Part shown: positions 33,500-47,375 of the stretch, one piece after another
Numbering within the stretch: position 1 is the stretch's first letter
Layout of the letters: the number at the start of each line of letters is the position of its first letter
DNA from: Spizellomyces punctatus DAOM BR117
Lineage: Eukaryota
Assembly (NCBI GenBank): GCA_000182565.2
Contig: KQ257450.1
Strand: one strand, 5' to 3'
Length of the DNA: 64,000 nucleotides
The notes under the pieces: generated by a model
What the model saw: the letters and a program-made list of their open reading frames with translations, nothing else
Databases searched by the model: none
What the model was told of the DNA's origin: nothing
Made by a program: the position numbers and the translations under genes

Positions 33500-34504
33500 A
33501 TGGTCCGGTATGTTGCGTGCAATGACGCATTGAACCTCTGCCTCATTGTGGGACTAACAAAACGCTTGCCTGAATAGTTACGCTGCCGTTCCCGAGAACC
33601 CCGCCAAGTGTGAGTGTTGCTAGACTTTTTGTGGATCATTGGCGGAGGGCGAGGTGACAAGGAGAGATTTGGAGGAGCCGAAATGGGGCCGTGTAGTTGT
33701 GGATAGCGAACTGGAATGAAGCAGGGCGGAACAAGAGGAGAAAAGCGTATGGGCCATGGTTGTGTCATGGAATGAGGATCTTGTGGTGGACATGTGGAAT
33801 CCCGCAGACGTGTGATCTGTCATGTATTGATCGACCTTCCTCTTTTAGCCGCCAAGGCGCGGGGCTCTTACCTTCGCACCCACTTCAAGAACACCCGAGA
33901 AGTGGCCAAGACCATCTCCGGCATGAAGCTTCGTAAGGCCGTTGCGTTCCTTAACGACGTGAAGGAGCACAAGCAGGCTGTTCCCTTCCGCCGGTTCTCG
34001 GGCGGTGTTGGTCGCACGGCGCAGGCTAAGGTCTGGGGTGTAACTCAGGCGAGGTGGCCCCAAAAGTCTTGCGAGTTCATGTTGGGTCTCCTTAAGAATG
34101 CTGAGAGCAACGCTGAGGTGCGCCACTTTGTTTCGGTGCATGGATTGTAGATACACTTTGGCTAAACCTTTGTGCAGGTGAAGGGTCTCAACATCGACAA
34201 CTTGGTCGTTCGTCACATTCAGGTCAACCAGGCCCCCAAGCAGCGCCGTAGGACTTACCGTGCCCACGGTCGTATCAACCGTATGTATTTAGCTCGTATG
34301 AAAATTTTCTCAAGTGTGTGAGCGGTGTATACTTACCCACTTTTTCTAGCCTACATGAGCCACCCCTGCCACATTGAGTTGACTCTTGTTGAGGAGGAGA
34401 AGCAGGTTCAGAGGGAGGAGCAACAGCTGGTGCAAAAGTTGTCCAAGAGGAGACAGGTTCGCGCCCGGGTTCAGGCTGCTCGTGCACCCGCTGCCACTGC
34501 TTAA
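33500..34504 (+). CDS. RPL17: 60S ribosomal protein L17 (uL22)
   Basis: [31 protein letters not shown]...GRTAQAK...RWPQKS...[14 protein letters not shown]...[31 protein letters not shown]. Confidence 0.97.
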
Positions 34505-35048
34505 GTGATGATATAGTACCGATTTGGTGTAATATATTCTCGGTTGCTTGTTTGCTGGAAGTGAATTTTCTTGCATGATTTTCCATATCATTTGTCGACT
34601 TGACCCCCAGCATGCTGGTGTGTGTATTGGGGAAATCCAATGCAATCACGTGATTTAAACCATAGATCACTGTAGATCTCACCAGAGCGACCATCTCTGT
34701 TCATCCTCTCGCTGAATTATGGACGCAACAACCATAAACAAGTACTTTCCCCTCATCTTGTTAGGCGGCCTCTTTTTTGGCGTTATTCTCCTCCGAATTG
34801 TACAAGCATTGGGAATCTTTAGTGGGTTCAAGGGGAGCAGAGTCGTTCCACCGCCTCCCGGTGTGAAGATTCAAAAGAAGGATTGATGTTGCGATTCTGG
34901 ATGGGCAACATTTTATCTGACGTAGGTGATTAAAAATAACAGAGCAAGAAATATGCGAAATCGAAATTTTATTAACATGTACACAGGTCAAAGCAAGTAC
35001 CAAGCCAAAAAGCAAGAAATACAATAAGAAAATCAACAATATTACAAG

Positions 35049-38000
35049 CTACTTCAAACCCTTCAAAAACTCTCCAACATCCAGATCTTCATACTGGTCC
35101 TGATCGGCCAGCTCTTCCAGACCTTCCAAAACGTCCTTTGCGGTCGCCTTTTTGGATTTGTCTTGTTTCGGTTTAGCGGATTCGGATGGACCTCCGATGG
35201 AGAAGAGATCCAAGATTTGATCAGTGTCCATTGATCGAAGGCCGGCGTTTTCTTGGTTGATAACTGAGGAGGCAATGTTGAGTTTAAACTTTTGGAGCCT
35301 GTGTGAGAGTGTATAGTGTGAGTCGGTAATGTTTGACAAGAGAGGACAAGAGGAAATAGGATACGGTACCCCATAATCTTTTCCTCCAATGTTCCTTTGG
35401 TTATCAACCGATAAACGTTCACAACTCTCTTCTGTCCAATCCGGTGAGCCCGATCCATGGCCTGCAAATCCTTCATCGGGTTCCAATCATGCTCGACAAA
35501 AATGACCGTATCTGCACCGGTAAGAGTCAATCCCAGCCCTCCGACATGGGTAGTAAGCAGAAGGACATCGATGGAGGCGTCTTGGTTGAATTTGCGGACG
35601 AGATCGTGTCGGGTGCTTGCGTCTGTTGTGCCGTCTAGACGGAGGTAGGAGACACTGGGCATCAAAGTTTTGAACAGATCTTTTTCGATCATGTCTAGCA
35701 TGGGGCGGAGCTGGGCGAAGATTAATGCGCGATGCGGGGCGACGGCGGTGGTGGTTGGGTTACTGGTTGGGTCGACACCTATTCCGCAGTCTTGGAGGAG
35801 CTGGCTATAAATGTGTAATTGAATTGTGAGATATGGTCATGAGTACACACACATATTGCAAGAACCATGGCGACATACCCCAAGGCCTGAATCTTTGGCG
35901 CATGCTCAATATCGCGAATGTGACTTTGGCGGGCACTCAACCATCCCTGCACCTTGTTCCACTGGGGATGGGAAGGATTTACCACCAAAGCAGGATGATT
36001 TACCAACTTCCTCAGGTACTGTAGAGCCTGGAACACATGTCCAGTCTTTCCTCCTTGCTTCTTGGCGACTACATTGCTCTCCTCCACCTCTTCCCCAACC
36101 AAAATCTTTTCAGCGCCTTCCTTGGCCTGGCTCTTGGCGAAATCTTCGTATAATGATTTTTGAAGGTCGCTGAGCTCGCAATAGTAATCTTGAATGATCT
36201 TTGGTGGAAGATCATGCAACACATCTTCCTTCATCCGACGTAGTAGGAAAGGAAGGACTTGCTTGTGCAGGGCTTCCATTGCCAATGCACCTTGTTCCTG
36301 CTCCTTACTTGAACTCTTCGCATCACGGGATGCGAGAATGGGTTTCCCAAACCGATCATTGAACAATCGCTCGGTGCCCAAGAACCCTGGCATGAGGAAA
36401 TCGAACAAGGACCAAAGCTCCAGAACGTTATTCTGGATCGGTGTGCCAGAGAGAATCAATCGGTGGAGGGACTGGATAGATTTCACCGCTTGGGTAATTT
36501 TCGTTTTGGGGTTTTTGATGATATGGCCCTCGTCGAGGATACAGTAGTTGAAGTGGAAGCGTGAGAGCTCGTCAATATCATTGCGGAGAATCTCGTAAGA
36601 GAGGATGACTACGTCGTAGTTGGGGATTTTGCGGCGAATCCTGTGGATATGAGATGTTACACAAGTTCAGAGGGGATCAAGACAGAGAACACTCGTATTC
36701 GGATCCGCTACTCACTCTGCACGCTCTTGGACATTTCCTCCATATATGACTGGTTTTAAGAATTCGGCATAGGTCTGAATCTCATGGGACCAATGACCAG
36801 TCAACGTTGGCGGACAGACAACCAAAGACGGAGCATGGGCACTATCTGGGGTACTCGTCTTCTTATATCTTTCTGCGCGATTATGATGATCGGATGCCAA
36901 CATGCAGATGGACTGCAGGGTTTTCCCAAGACCCATATCTAGTGGAGAAATGGTTAATGCAAAGTGGAACCCAAAGCCGAACAGCTTCACTTACCATCAC
37001 AAAGAATTCCATGCAACCCATACCGATTGAGGAATGCCAACCAACTGATACCTTCCTTTTGGTAACTTCTCAGCTCTGCCTTGATTGGCACTGGCAGCTC
37101 AAACTCCTCCACTTTCTCGCTCCCAATAAGTTGTCCAATGAACTTTCGTTCCTCTTTACGATGCCGTATAAGCTCATCGCTAAATCCTTCTGGATCGGGA
37201 ATTCCACTTTCAAGAGGAACAAGCTTAACCAGCTGCGCAAAGACATTCGTACTGACGAATCTCACTTCCTCGTCTGGATCGGACATGCGACCTAGGACGG
37301 GAATTATGAGGAAGATGATATAAGGAAGGATGCTGTGGTCCATGCCACGGACAATGTGATGGACACATTCCGCAGCACCTTGTCGATACGCAAGGTTATT
37401 TGTGTCGCCAAGGAGAGGAAGGACGTGGTCGACCAGGGCTTGCATTGCGGGCGCAGTGATGACCTGACAAAATGCGGCCATACATCTGGCTGCCATGTGG
37501 CGAACAATGGCAAGTGAAGCGCGCAAACAGCTGGCGACACCGGGAAGAACGGTGATGACCGTGGAGTAGAGGGTAGTGTGCAGGTAGGGTAGTAGTTTAG
37601 ATAGCAAATGAAGGGAGTGAACCAGCTCCTGAGCGTATCCTTCCATAGTGAGATACTTCTCTAGGACTGATGCAATCGGTTGATCCGGTTTTGCGAGTTC
37701 AAGGAGATTTGTCGCTACAAGCGACCAGAGCTTGGGCACTTGTACAAACGCCTCTGCACCGAACCGCTCACAAATCTCACGGAACGCATATTCAGCCCCT
37801 CGAGCAGTGATCGCCCGTGATTTTTTCTCCACCTCCTCAGAGGCTGATAAGGCTGCCGTGTCAGCTTCACTGACAGTATCAGTTACGGTAGAGTCTACCC
37901 CCGGCCCAGCGCTTTTGCGTTTGCCTCTTCCCCCTTTCTTTGCGGCTCCGTTGGTCTTGGTCTTGCGAGACGCGTCTACATCCTCCAACGACGACGAGTT

Positions 38001-41000
38001 CAGCGTCTCATTGAACGTTATGGTAAGTATCCCGTCCTTCTTCTGGATGACTTGCTCCTTGTCTGTTCGTACACTTGGATCCCCGCAGAGGAACGCGGAC
38101 AAATTCTTGATCACTTTCTCGTTGATCGCGACCGGTTTTCCCAATTTAATATTCAGTTCAATAAAACCTGCTACACCGCGTGCGGCACGACTTTGGATAT
38201 CTTCGTTCACCTCTTCTTTCACACTGTTCATGAGAGATCGGATAATTGGGTTGGTTTTTGCTGGCAACCGGCCCATGCGCACCACTGCTGAAGCCATGCT
38301 GGCAAGGACTTGTACCTCCAATTTGCGCTGTGTCTCGCGGAAAGAGTCGATGACCGCTGTAGCTCTTCGGATACGATCTTGGATCTGAGTGGCGGTGCGT
38401 GGGGGGCATGTTGGTGGTATCATCTTGGGTACAACCTGTTGAACGACATGCTCCGCGACTGTTAGAGTGAATACATTTCCAAAGGGCGTAGATGGTCTTT
38501 GTCCCTGGTTGGAAGGGAGCTCGGGTAAGGCCGGGATATCCTTCCCACAGAATTCCGCGCTGGCTGCAAGTAGTCCTTCGCATTCGTTTCGTACAGTCAA
38601 CAGAGGATGCACAAGCTCGCTATATAGTAGGGTCGTGCCAGAATCCGCCTCGGCCAATGATTTCACCATATTTCCCCACAACACATCGGCGAGTGGTACA
38701 CTGTCCAAAACTATCGCTGTCTCTGTCCCGACTTTCGACCCCTGTATTGCATTCCTCTCTTGCCAACAACCCGCCCACTCGTCCAACATGACGTTACAGA
38801 ACACACGATGGCCAACCCAGCCACTGTTGAGATAGGCAGTAACCAGCTCTCGCACGCGCTCTTCTACCTCACTGTCGTCGGTGCCGAATAACGCGCAAAC
38901 CAGTCCGCCCAGTGCTGTAGCACCCGCCAATCGACCTCGGATGACATCGTCCCGCGATATGACTGTTAAATCCTGCTCTGCCATAGCCTTGTCATGCGGT
39001 GATACGTTGAAGCCATCCGTATCTCCACGGCGCTTTTTACCGTGAACGCCCTGTGGTTTAGATGATTGACTTGCTCCAGGGGAATAAAAGAAGCGTAGAT
39101 CCAGCGGAGAACCCACAGGGGTCATGACAAGCGCAAACCATGCTGGTAGAACAGATAGTGTAACGGTTTTCAGCTGTCCTGGTTCCCGAGCATTGTATGC
39201 TTCCATAAACCTCATCAGTTTCTTCCACACTTCAGAGGTGCTTTCGCCAATATCCTTCCTTTCCTCGATGATAAAGTTTTGAAATACGAGCCTCAAGAGT
39301 TCCATGGTCACCCAACTACCATTGCTTCCATACGTTACATCAACAAACGTTGCAACAGTGCGTAGCACTGCTTGTCTAACGGATACGATGGCGTGTCGGA
39401 AAAACGGATATAGGCGCGGTATTAACTCCTGTAAAGAACTGGCCGATTCAGCCTTCATTATTTCCACAATCTCGGGCTTCATCATGAGTTGAGAGAGCAA
39501 GTCCATTACTGATCCAGTTGCTGACGTCAAATCATCTAGCTCTTCCAGGCAATTCCATAGCGTCATGACGATGGAATAGAACACCGTCCTGACAGGCAAG
39601 ATCTTGACTAGGAGATCACAAACTGGTAGTAATGCCGAGGATGATACCGCCCGGACATCGTCGTCATGATCCCGGAGCCTAGTAACGCATTCCATCAGTA
39701 AGCCGTGCGATATACACGAACAGCGAGGTACTTTACCCGTTGATCACAGCCCGGAACAGGGCAGTTTCCTTCCCTTCTTGTTGTGATCCAAACACGTTCG
39801 GTAACAAATCTTTCCGGACAGCCATCCAGTACTTGAGGCCGACCAAGGCACCGTGCCGTACTTGCCAACCCTTGCCACGTCCCCCATGTGCTGTTCCACT
39901 CGCGACAGGTTGTTCTTCGCTTGCTTCGAGGAGCTTCAACAGGCCCTGGTTCACCATCGTTAAGCATAACTCCTGTTCACTCCATTGCATAACAACCCCG
40001 AGCGTCTGGGCTGCAGTCTCACGAACTGGTGCAACCGCCTGGTCGCTACCATAGTCGCCAAAACGATCCAATGCCAGCACGCAAAGAAGCCGAATTGCCA
40101 CATCTTCCAGCCACGCTCTATGACGGGCAGCGTTATCCTTGAGGGGGATGCCAACTAATTTGCCTGCGCCGGAGCCGTGCACTTTGAGCACAGCTCTCAG
40201 TCCGATGGCTGCTCCATGTCGTGTCTCCCAACTTGGGGAAAACAGATCTAAGCAAAGCTGCTCGCACAATCCCTCGAACGGCCATTCGTCGCCTGACTCA
40301 TGAATGGCACCGAGAAACGCGGGTTCTTGTTTCACTTTTGCCTCCACAACGACTTTGTCATCGTTTGGTGGAGTCTCCGTGCTAGGGGAGGTAACCATTG
40401 GACTCCCATTCATAATTGATTCTTCGTCTTCTTGTTTGATTTTGATGGACGCAGTTATGGGCTTGGCATCAGATAGTGATTTCCGTTGCTTCGTTGCTGA
40501 TACCTCTACAATGCGAACTCTAATGCACCAACCTTGTAAACATACAGTAATTTCAGTGCCTGTTAAACGTGACCGACGACTTACTTGCTGCCCCTGTCTT
40601 TGCCCATCATTCTCATTTTTCGCTTTAATGTAGCCTTCTGGCGCTGGCTGAGTCCAGCCATCGAAGGGTCATCATCGGCAATGCCTCTACGAAAGGCATC
40701 ATATGAGCAACCTGCCAATCTCCACACGAGCCACAAAATCATGACACATACCCACGAGTTGACTTTGAGCTAAGGTCTAACAATTGCTGCGCCGATTGCT
40801 GCGTTGATTGGCTTGCATCGGTTGGTGATTTTGCAGATACCACATCCGACTCATCAAGTAGATCTGTGCAGGAACATGAGCGCTCAAAAACGGTGCGTTC
40901 TGCAAACGTAGACTAGCAGTCAGTACATACCTTTCATAAATTCTGTCCCCATTCCCAATCTCTTCTTTAGCTCCTTCTTCTGCAGTGCAATTCGTTCCTT

Positions 41001-41605
41001 TGGATCCATATCAGAGTGATCGATGTCAAACTCGCGCCCCGCGCTTGCCAGTAAGGGTGCCCCATTCTTGACGACATTTCCAATGTCAAAGGATTCAAAT
41101 CTCAGCAATCCATCGCTATCTGCATCCAATGCATGCTTGACAGCGTCTTCATCCGAGTTCGCAGGTACTGGAGGTTCCCATTGCGGTACATTTTTGGCAA
41201 TCGCTTCGATGGCGTGTCCTGCTGCTATCCGCGTGGCCCACTCTGTGCTGCGTAAATGAACAAGAACCTTGATAGCGATCAATCTTTCGGTTTTGCGTGA
41301 TGCATGTCAAACGGGACGGCTTACCCTTCCCAATAAATTATACAACTGATCAGGCTGCTGCCTCTGGATTTCACCAATCTGCTGTGCTGCAGTTGTGCGT
41401 ACGGTGGTTGTTGATCCCGTATCCAGCAGGAGGATCAAGCGCTCAAGCCTATGCCACATAAAACACTGATATTAAGATCGGATAGAAACCAGATAATGAT
41501 TTCCACAAATAGACGTCGTATCTCTCTATTCACTTATGTTGATTCCAGCCTGCCCCTACCCTATCCTGCTGGTAACATCCCATATCCCCCGTACCTGGTG
41601 GCCAT
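35049..41605 (-). CDS. MOT1: TATA-binding protein-associated SNF2-family ATPase (Mot1/BTAF1)
   Basis: MATR/LERLILLLDTGS, HEAT repeats (VLALDRFGDY, APVRETAAQ), LRSYQKEGISWLAFLNRYGLHGILCD/DMGLGKTLQ, CILDEGH, LILSGTPIQNN and HDWNPMKDLQAMDRAHRIGQK. Confidence 0.97.
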
Positions 41606-42029
41606 CGCAAATGATCCGTTTGTTTATAACCAGAGGTTATGGGCTTGGAATGCCTCCGAATGGCAGTGGATCGAATGTGAAATGTTGTGGGACGCGCCTC
41701 TTTTCTGCCTGTGGGGGGAGGGCAGATGAACCTTGCTTATATAGACGAGACCGACGCGTGTTTTAAAATTCTGATCTTGGTGGCACAGCAGTTAATGGAC
41801 ATACCAGCCTCCCGCCGACTGCAACCCTTTTTGCAGGAGTTTTGTTTTTTTTTTGTTTTGTTTGAGCTGGGCTTGCAACTAAAAGTGAGGATTCCACAGG
41901 TGGGTTAGTGAAGGAATCTATTGCACAAGGTGAGTGTTTGGAGTGTTTTGACATCTGGGCGCAAAATGGTAATTGTCAGTGGCTCGCAGTTTGTTTCAAC
42001 AGGGCGCGCAGTGTTCTAGTCAGAATTGT

Positions 42030-42614
42030 ATGTCCAACATGACGTCGGCGCCCGGTAGCAAGTCTCTCGGTGATATCAAGCAGACCGCTATAGAGGACTC
42101 CAAGCACTATGTATACATTACGGCAGACCCACTCAACCTTGTCCCGCTCGTTGATTTTGTTCGAAGCGATGAAGCAGGAGCTGTCGCTACATTCTCTGGA
42201 ACGACCCGTAACACGTTTACAGGTACGATGGTACTGTAGTGGTCTGCAACTCACAGTAAGAGTCAAACGCTGGAATCAGTCAAGGGTACGACAAAAAAAG
42301 TCCTCCATTTGACATACGAAGCCTATATTCCGATGGCTTTGTCACAACTCCACCGCATCCTAGAACAAGCGCACGTTTTATATCCCTCCCTCATCCGTAC
42401 TGCTGTCGCTCACCGCCTTGGACTAGTGCCAATAGGTCAGGAGTCGGTCCTCATAACAGCATCTTCACCACACAGAAAAGATGCACTGGATGCCGCGTCG
42501 TGGATCATTGACGAACTCAAACGAAAAGTACCAATCTGGAAAAGAGAGGAATACGCAGATGGAAGTGTTTGGAAGGAAAATGCAGAATGTAATTGGTCGG
42601 GCGGAACGAACTAA
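42030..42614 (+). CDS. MOCS2: Molybdopterin synthase catalytic (large) subunit, MoaE family
   Basis: AGAVATFSGTTRNTF, LTYEAYIPMA, HRLGLVPIGQESV, SSPHRKDAL and IDELKRKVPIWKREEY. One intron. Confidence 0.93.
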
Positions 42615-42726
42615 AAGCTCTCCTTTCCCAAATAATGGGTTTGCGGCAGCTTGGGCGTAGATCCAGGCGCATATGTACGGGCTACTTCTTAGGTTATTCA
42701 CGGGGTCAAATTTATTTACAAACAAG

Positions 42727-43436
42727 CTAGTATAGATTCTGCAAAATGACGACCGTTAGACGAACGTGCTTATGTATGAAGGGGTTACTTGCGTTATTAC
42801 TTACCGTTTTCTTCATAATTCTCAAAAACTCTTCTTGATTAATTTCGCCATCACCATCTCGGTCTGCTTCATCGATCATTTCTTGAAGCTCCTCGTCTGT
42901 TAGATTTTCGCCCAGTTCCTTTGCGACTCGCTTCAGATTCTTAAAAGAAATTTTGCCCGTCTCATCGTCATCAAAAAGACGGAAGGCTTTTATGATTTCT
43001 TCTCGAGTGTCCTTTTCGGCCTAATGGTTTGATGTTGATAAGTGCATGAATCAGATCCCTACGCGCCGTGTTCCTACGCACCATCTTTGCCGTCATCAAC
43101 TCCAGAAAGTCGTTGAAATCAATCGAACCGCTACCAGTTCGATCTACTTCTGCAATCATCCTCTTCAACTCGTCCTTTTTGGGTTCAAATCCCAATGCTC
43201 GCATTGCAACTTTGAGCTCCTTTGTGTCAATCGTCCCACTCCCATCTGTGTCGAATAGATCAAATGCTTCCCGAATCTCTTGTTTCTGATCTGGAGTAAG
43301 GTCGCTGCTTGGTTTGGGGACACGTTTTGACGGTGCTGCGGTTGGTGGTTTGCGGAATGTCGTTGCCTGTCACATGGACCAACAATTTAGAGTCACAAAG
43401 TCATTTTCCTCGGCGGTAGTTCTGAGTTCGTACCAT
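42727..43436 (-). CDS. Centrin (caltractin; centrin-1/2 type EF-hand protein)
   Basis: ATG-only first exon. [38 protein letters not shown]...[47 protein letters not shown]. Confidence 0.95.
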
Positions 43437-44034
43437 GGGTAAACAAGGCAAACAAAAGAATAGTTTAAGACTACGGTTAGAGCGTTGGGCGAATTAGTTT
43501 CCGGTTCCTGTTGTGGTCCGAATGCTCGCGATCGAAGATCAAGGTAGAAACCCTTCCATGCACGCGTGTGACAGTCAAGCACTGTGGCGCGGTTGCATTA
43601 GATAAGCAGCTGTTTCGCTGCGCTTTTGCAACTCACTATTTCTCTCACTGGGAGTAGCAAACGCTGTGCTGCAAGGGCCATCGATGCCCGTAGAATGTTC
43701 AAAATTACATAGAATCTGGAACTGCTCGTATACATTTGGACGAGCTAAACGCAGCAAGGGTCCCAGCAATGCATTCAGTGTGATTAGAAGAGCGATACAA
43801 AGATCGCCTCTCCACCCATCGTAAATGTATGGAGCTCATGTACCGTATACCATTCTCCCAACCCCCTCCCCCCTTTTATGTTGTTACAATCCAGTGCTCT
43901 CTGACGATATGAAATGCCGTTAAGATAAGTGAAGCCAAGTTCAATAAGCGACGGGGATCTGAACGCGTCGAAAGCATCGATCGCAAGAATTTATTTGCAA
44001 GGTGATCTCGCCTGATCTCTGCCGTAGTGGTCGA

Positions 44035-45394
44035 ATGTCCGTTTACCCAACCTTTGACCAACCGGCCACAAGGCTGCACATTGCTTTATCCACGAACAAC
44101 AACCCGGTACCAGGTATATGCGAAACTCACACTTACAATCATGCGGTGAGTGAACTCGCTATACTTTGGTCAGCCCAGAAATGCATTTTCCAACATGGAG
44201 ACAGGTCCAAGTCATATTCCCTTCACAATCGTCCACCATTACTGAGCAATTGCGAAAAGACGACGCATCATACTTCTACTACAAAGCCAGTGTTCCCTTG
44301 TCGTTCTTCATTCAACCCGACTTTGTTAATAACTACATTCGAAAAGGTACGCATCTGCATGGTCACTGAATCTCGACCAAGTCTAGCTTTACAATGTCTA
44401 ACTTTGACCCCGTAGGAGGTTTCACGGCCCTCAGAAGCAATGCGAAAGCTGATATAGATGACACTTTTGCGTTGTTACCTTCTGGGAGATTGGTGATGAG
44501 TGTAAAAAAGGACACTTATGAAACACTTGGGCTGGTTGGACGGCCGAGCAAATTCGGTGATAAAGGCAATCGATATTGTAAGCGAGGGCTTCAAGCATCT
44601 TTAGGACGTAGTGATTGAAAGATTGACGCCCCTTTCCCTAGTCATACACATTGATCTTGCCCAGCCAGCGTTCAAGCCAAAGGGAAAGCTTTACGAGCGG
44701 GTCAAGTGGTGCTTCACACATACCCTCACAGATACTTACGATTTTTTAATGTCCTTTACCGATACTGGTAGGTAGACAGCATTATTTGTTAAGGGTGCAT
44801 TTTTTAACGTCCGCGCCTGATCGAAACTCAGAGACTCGGTTGTCATCTGAGATCAGTTTCCCACCGAATGTGAAAGCAACTCGAGTATGCATCGACGGAG
44901 TCTGCCAAACTCACGAAAACATTATGGTACCACAAATTGGGGACATTGCATTTGAGGATCTTCTCAATGACCAGAATGACCGGAAAGGCGAAATATGGCG
45001 AGATCACGCTCTGAACCTATTTGAATGGCTTGGGCTCCTTGCATGTGGAGCAGCTAGAATAAAGGCTGGTGACAATGTGGACCCATTTTTCTCCGTCTAT
45101 TCGGCTCCCGAGCCATCCAAACCGGGTACTACTGTATCCGTACGATGGACAGGATACCTCACTACTCATCAAATCGTGCGAATAAAGGATAGTGTGAAAG
45201 ACTGCATGAAAAAGGAGGGTTTGCCGTGGGCTGCAATACTGGTGTGGGGATTTCGGGATGCACCAGTATCATGGCGGGAAGAAGATCATGGTTACTTTCT
45301 TGGAGGTGAGAACGATTACGTGTTGGTGTTTCGAGGAGAGCAGCAGTGCATATCCTATCAAGCAGTGGGGACGTACGATGGATTTTGTATATAG
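44035..45394 (+). CDS. RPP40: Ribonuclease P/MRP subunit p40
   Basis: LLPSGRLVMSVKKDTYETLGLVG, LFEWLGLLAC and LPWAAILVWGFRDAPVSWREEDHGYFLGGENDY. Multi-exon. Confidence 0.85.
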
Positions 45395-45703
45395 CAATAT
45401 TTATGAATTACTGCCGTCTGCGTTTTCTCAACCGCTTCTCGTACGGAAATAAGCCAGAATTCCAGCTAAGTTCAACAGAATCCATGATCAGCCTTCCAGA
45501 TCCTCTGTATCGAATTGTTGGATGGACTGTACCATGAGGGAACGATCTGGTTTGGAGGTCCCTACATTTTTGCTATCGTTGGATTACCTGGTGTGTTATT
45601 ACCAATGTGAGCATCATCCAGAAATCAAAGTTACAAAGCTATAAGTACATTGCGTGCGGGACATAGATCAATAACTATGAAATGAAGATGGGACATCCAT
45701 CTA

Positions 45704-46870
45704 TCAGTGCTGAATCTGTAACAGTCCGCATTTTAATAGACAGCTTATTTTGCGCTGAATGTCTTTATTTGCTGTGTTCAACGCGCTGTAGGGGAAAGCA
45801 CCATGACTATGCATTCACGACGTTCACTTGCGAAATAAGGAAGCTTACTTGGCAAGACTTGGCGGATGTTTTTGCGCTTCCATCAAAATCTTTTGTATGC
45901 TCGGATCTCGTAAAGCTTCTTGCACCTCCGGGTCCGCCATAACCCGCTTCACAAGCTCCTTCTCATGGTCAGGCAATTCATCTGGAATCTGGAAGCCCGA
46001 GGCGCCTTCCTTTCCCCTCTCCTTCACTTTCTGTCCTTCCTGCTCGTCAGCCAAACCCCCCAAGGCATCCCCAAGAAGGCCGGCAAATTCCCGGAGAGCA
46101 ACCATAAGATCCGGCCGTGTTGCTGCATACTTCTTGAATGCAGCCTGCGGGTCGCGTGATAATTCAGTAGCAGCTTTCTGGAATACAGGGTCAGTGAGTG
46201 CACGAGTGAGAACTGGATTTCGTTCGATTTTCTCGAGAAATTCCGGTGTTAGCCACTCTGAAAAGAAGATACCCTACTGATGAGAACACTTCACGGTAGT
46301 CACTGTGGCAATATGAGATTACCTTGTCTGTCCAATAACGACATCTGCGATCTCATGGCTGCTTGCACTTCGTCAATGCGGAGATTATCGGTCGGTGACT
46401 GTTTCGGTTTGATGAGGGGAATATCCGCGGCGGGTTTTGCTGATTTCGTTGTTTTCGCCGGCGCTTTTCTGGCTGCATTTCCCCCATTCAAAAATCCCTT
46501 CTTTAGTCCGCTGTATGCACTCTATCTATACGAACTTAGCCTCATCCACAGAGCTGCCAAATGGCGAAATTGGATGTTACCTGTGTTTGGTGGTTCATCA
46601 TCACCGGGTCTTTTCCACGAACTGAAGTTGTACCAGTACTGTTGAATTGACCAGCTTTGACATCTGGAAAGAACGCTCAGACACGGTAACCGTTCGTTCT
46701 CCATCCGAAATGCGTGCTTACCCTTTATGCCACGAATGGCATGTAGCCGCTCGATCTCTTGGGTCATGTCCTCGAGAGGAGGGACATCTGGGGGACACGG
46801 CTTGCAAGATAAGATTGCAGCTGGCTAACAAGTTTCTAAGCTAGTACTTACCGTCGTCTATGGTGGTCAT
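45704..46870 (-). CDS. STI1 (DP) domain protein, putative co-chaperone
   Basis: Spliced exons give DVPPLEDM, YSGLKKGFL, WLTPEFLEKIERNPVLTRALTDPVFQKAATELSRDPQAAFKKY, VMADPEVQEALRDPSIQKIL and IQRKISCLLKCGLLQIQH*. Confidence 0.75.
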
Positions 46871-47375
46871 GATGGATAGCTTTTAGTTACCAAACTGACA
46901 CGAAACAGCAGCACGTTGTAAATGGACGTGATGGATGATGACCTAAGCAGACACCGATCGCGTCAAGTTCAGCGGTGGAAAAACGAGTGCCGACTGCCAG
47001 TCCCTTTGAGGTTAAACAAATAAGATGCCCTAACTTTGACCGTTATATCTCACGGCTTGTTTATACTGTAGTGATTGAACAAGTCAACAATTGCACTACC
47101 ATAACTCAGAGACATCTCAGTTTCACCAATCTGCATCCAGTCGATCTACAGACTAGGGTACGAAACTATGTGCATCTTTTCGGTACATGAGCTGAATGCC
47201 ATAGAAACACCAGCAACATCCACAGTCCTAGTGAAGCATGCTACATGAAACTGTTCCCCATTTGCTTGATATGTCGAACCAGGAGATCATTTTTGAACCC
47301 TTTGGTGCACCAGCGCTTCTGCCGAGGGAAACGCATACTTTGCTAAAATTCCCGAATGAAAATAAGCTCGATGTT

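Noticed and set aside
41606-42030. Upstream MOCS2A (small subunit) ORF forming an animal-like bicistronic MOCS2 locus
   Set aside because: No ubiquitin-like ORF ending in Gly-Gly is visible upstream of the MoaE-type gene.
43562-43968. MCB-like ACGCGT sites in the centrin-RPP40 divergent region
   Set aside because: A 6-mer is expected by chance, and it also occurs near unrelated genes (20161, 59172). It cannot be supported without enrichment statistics.
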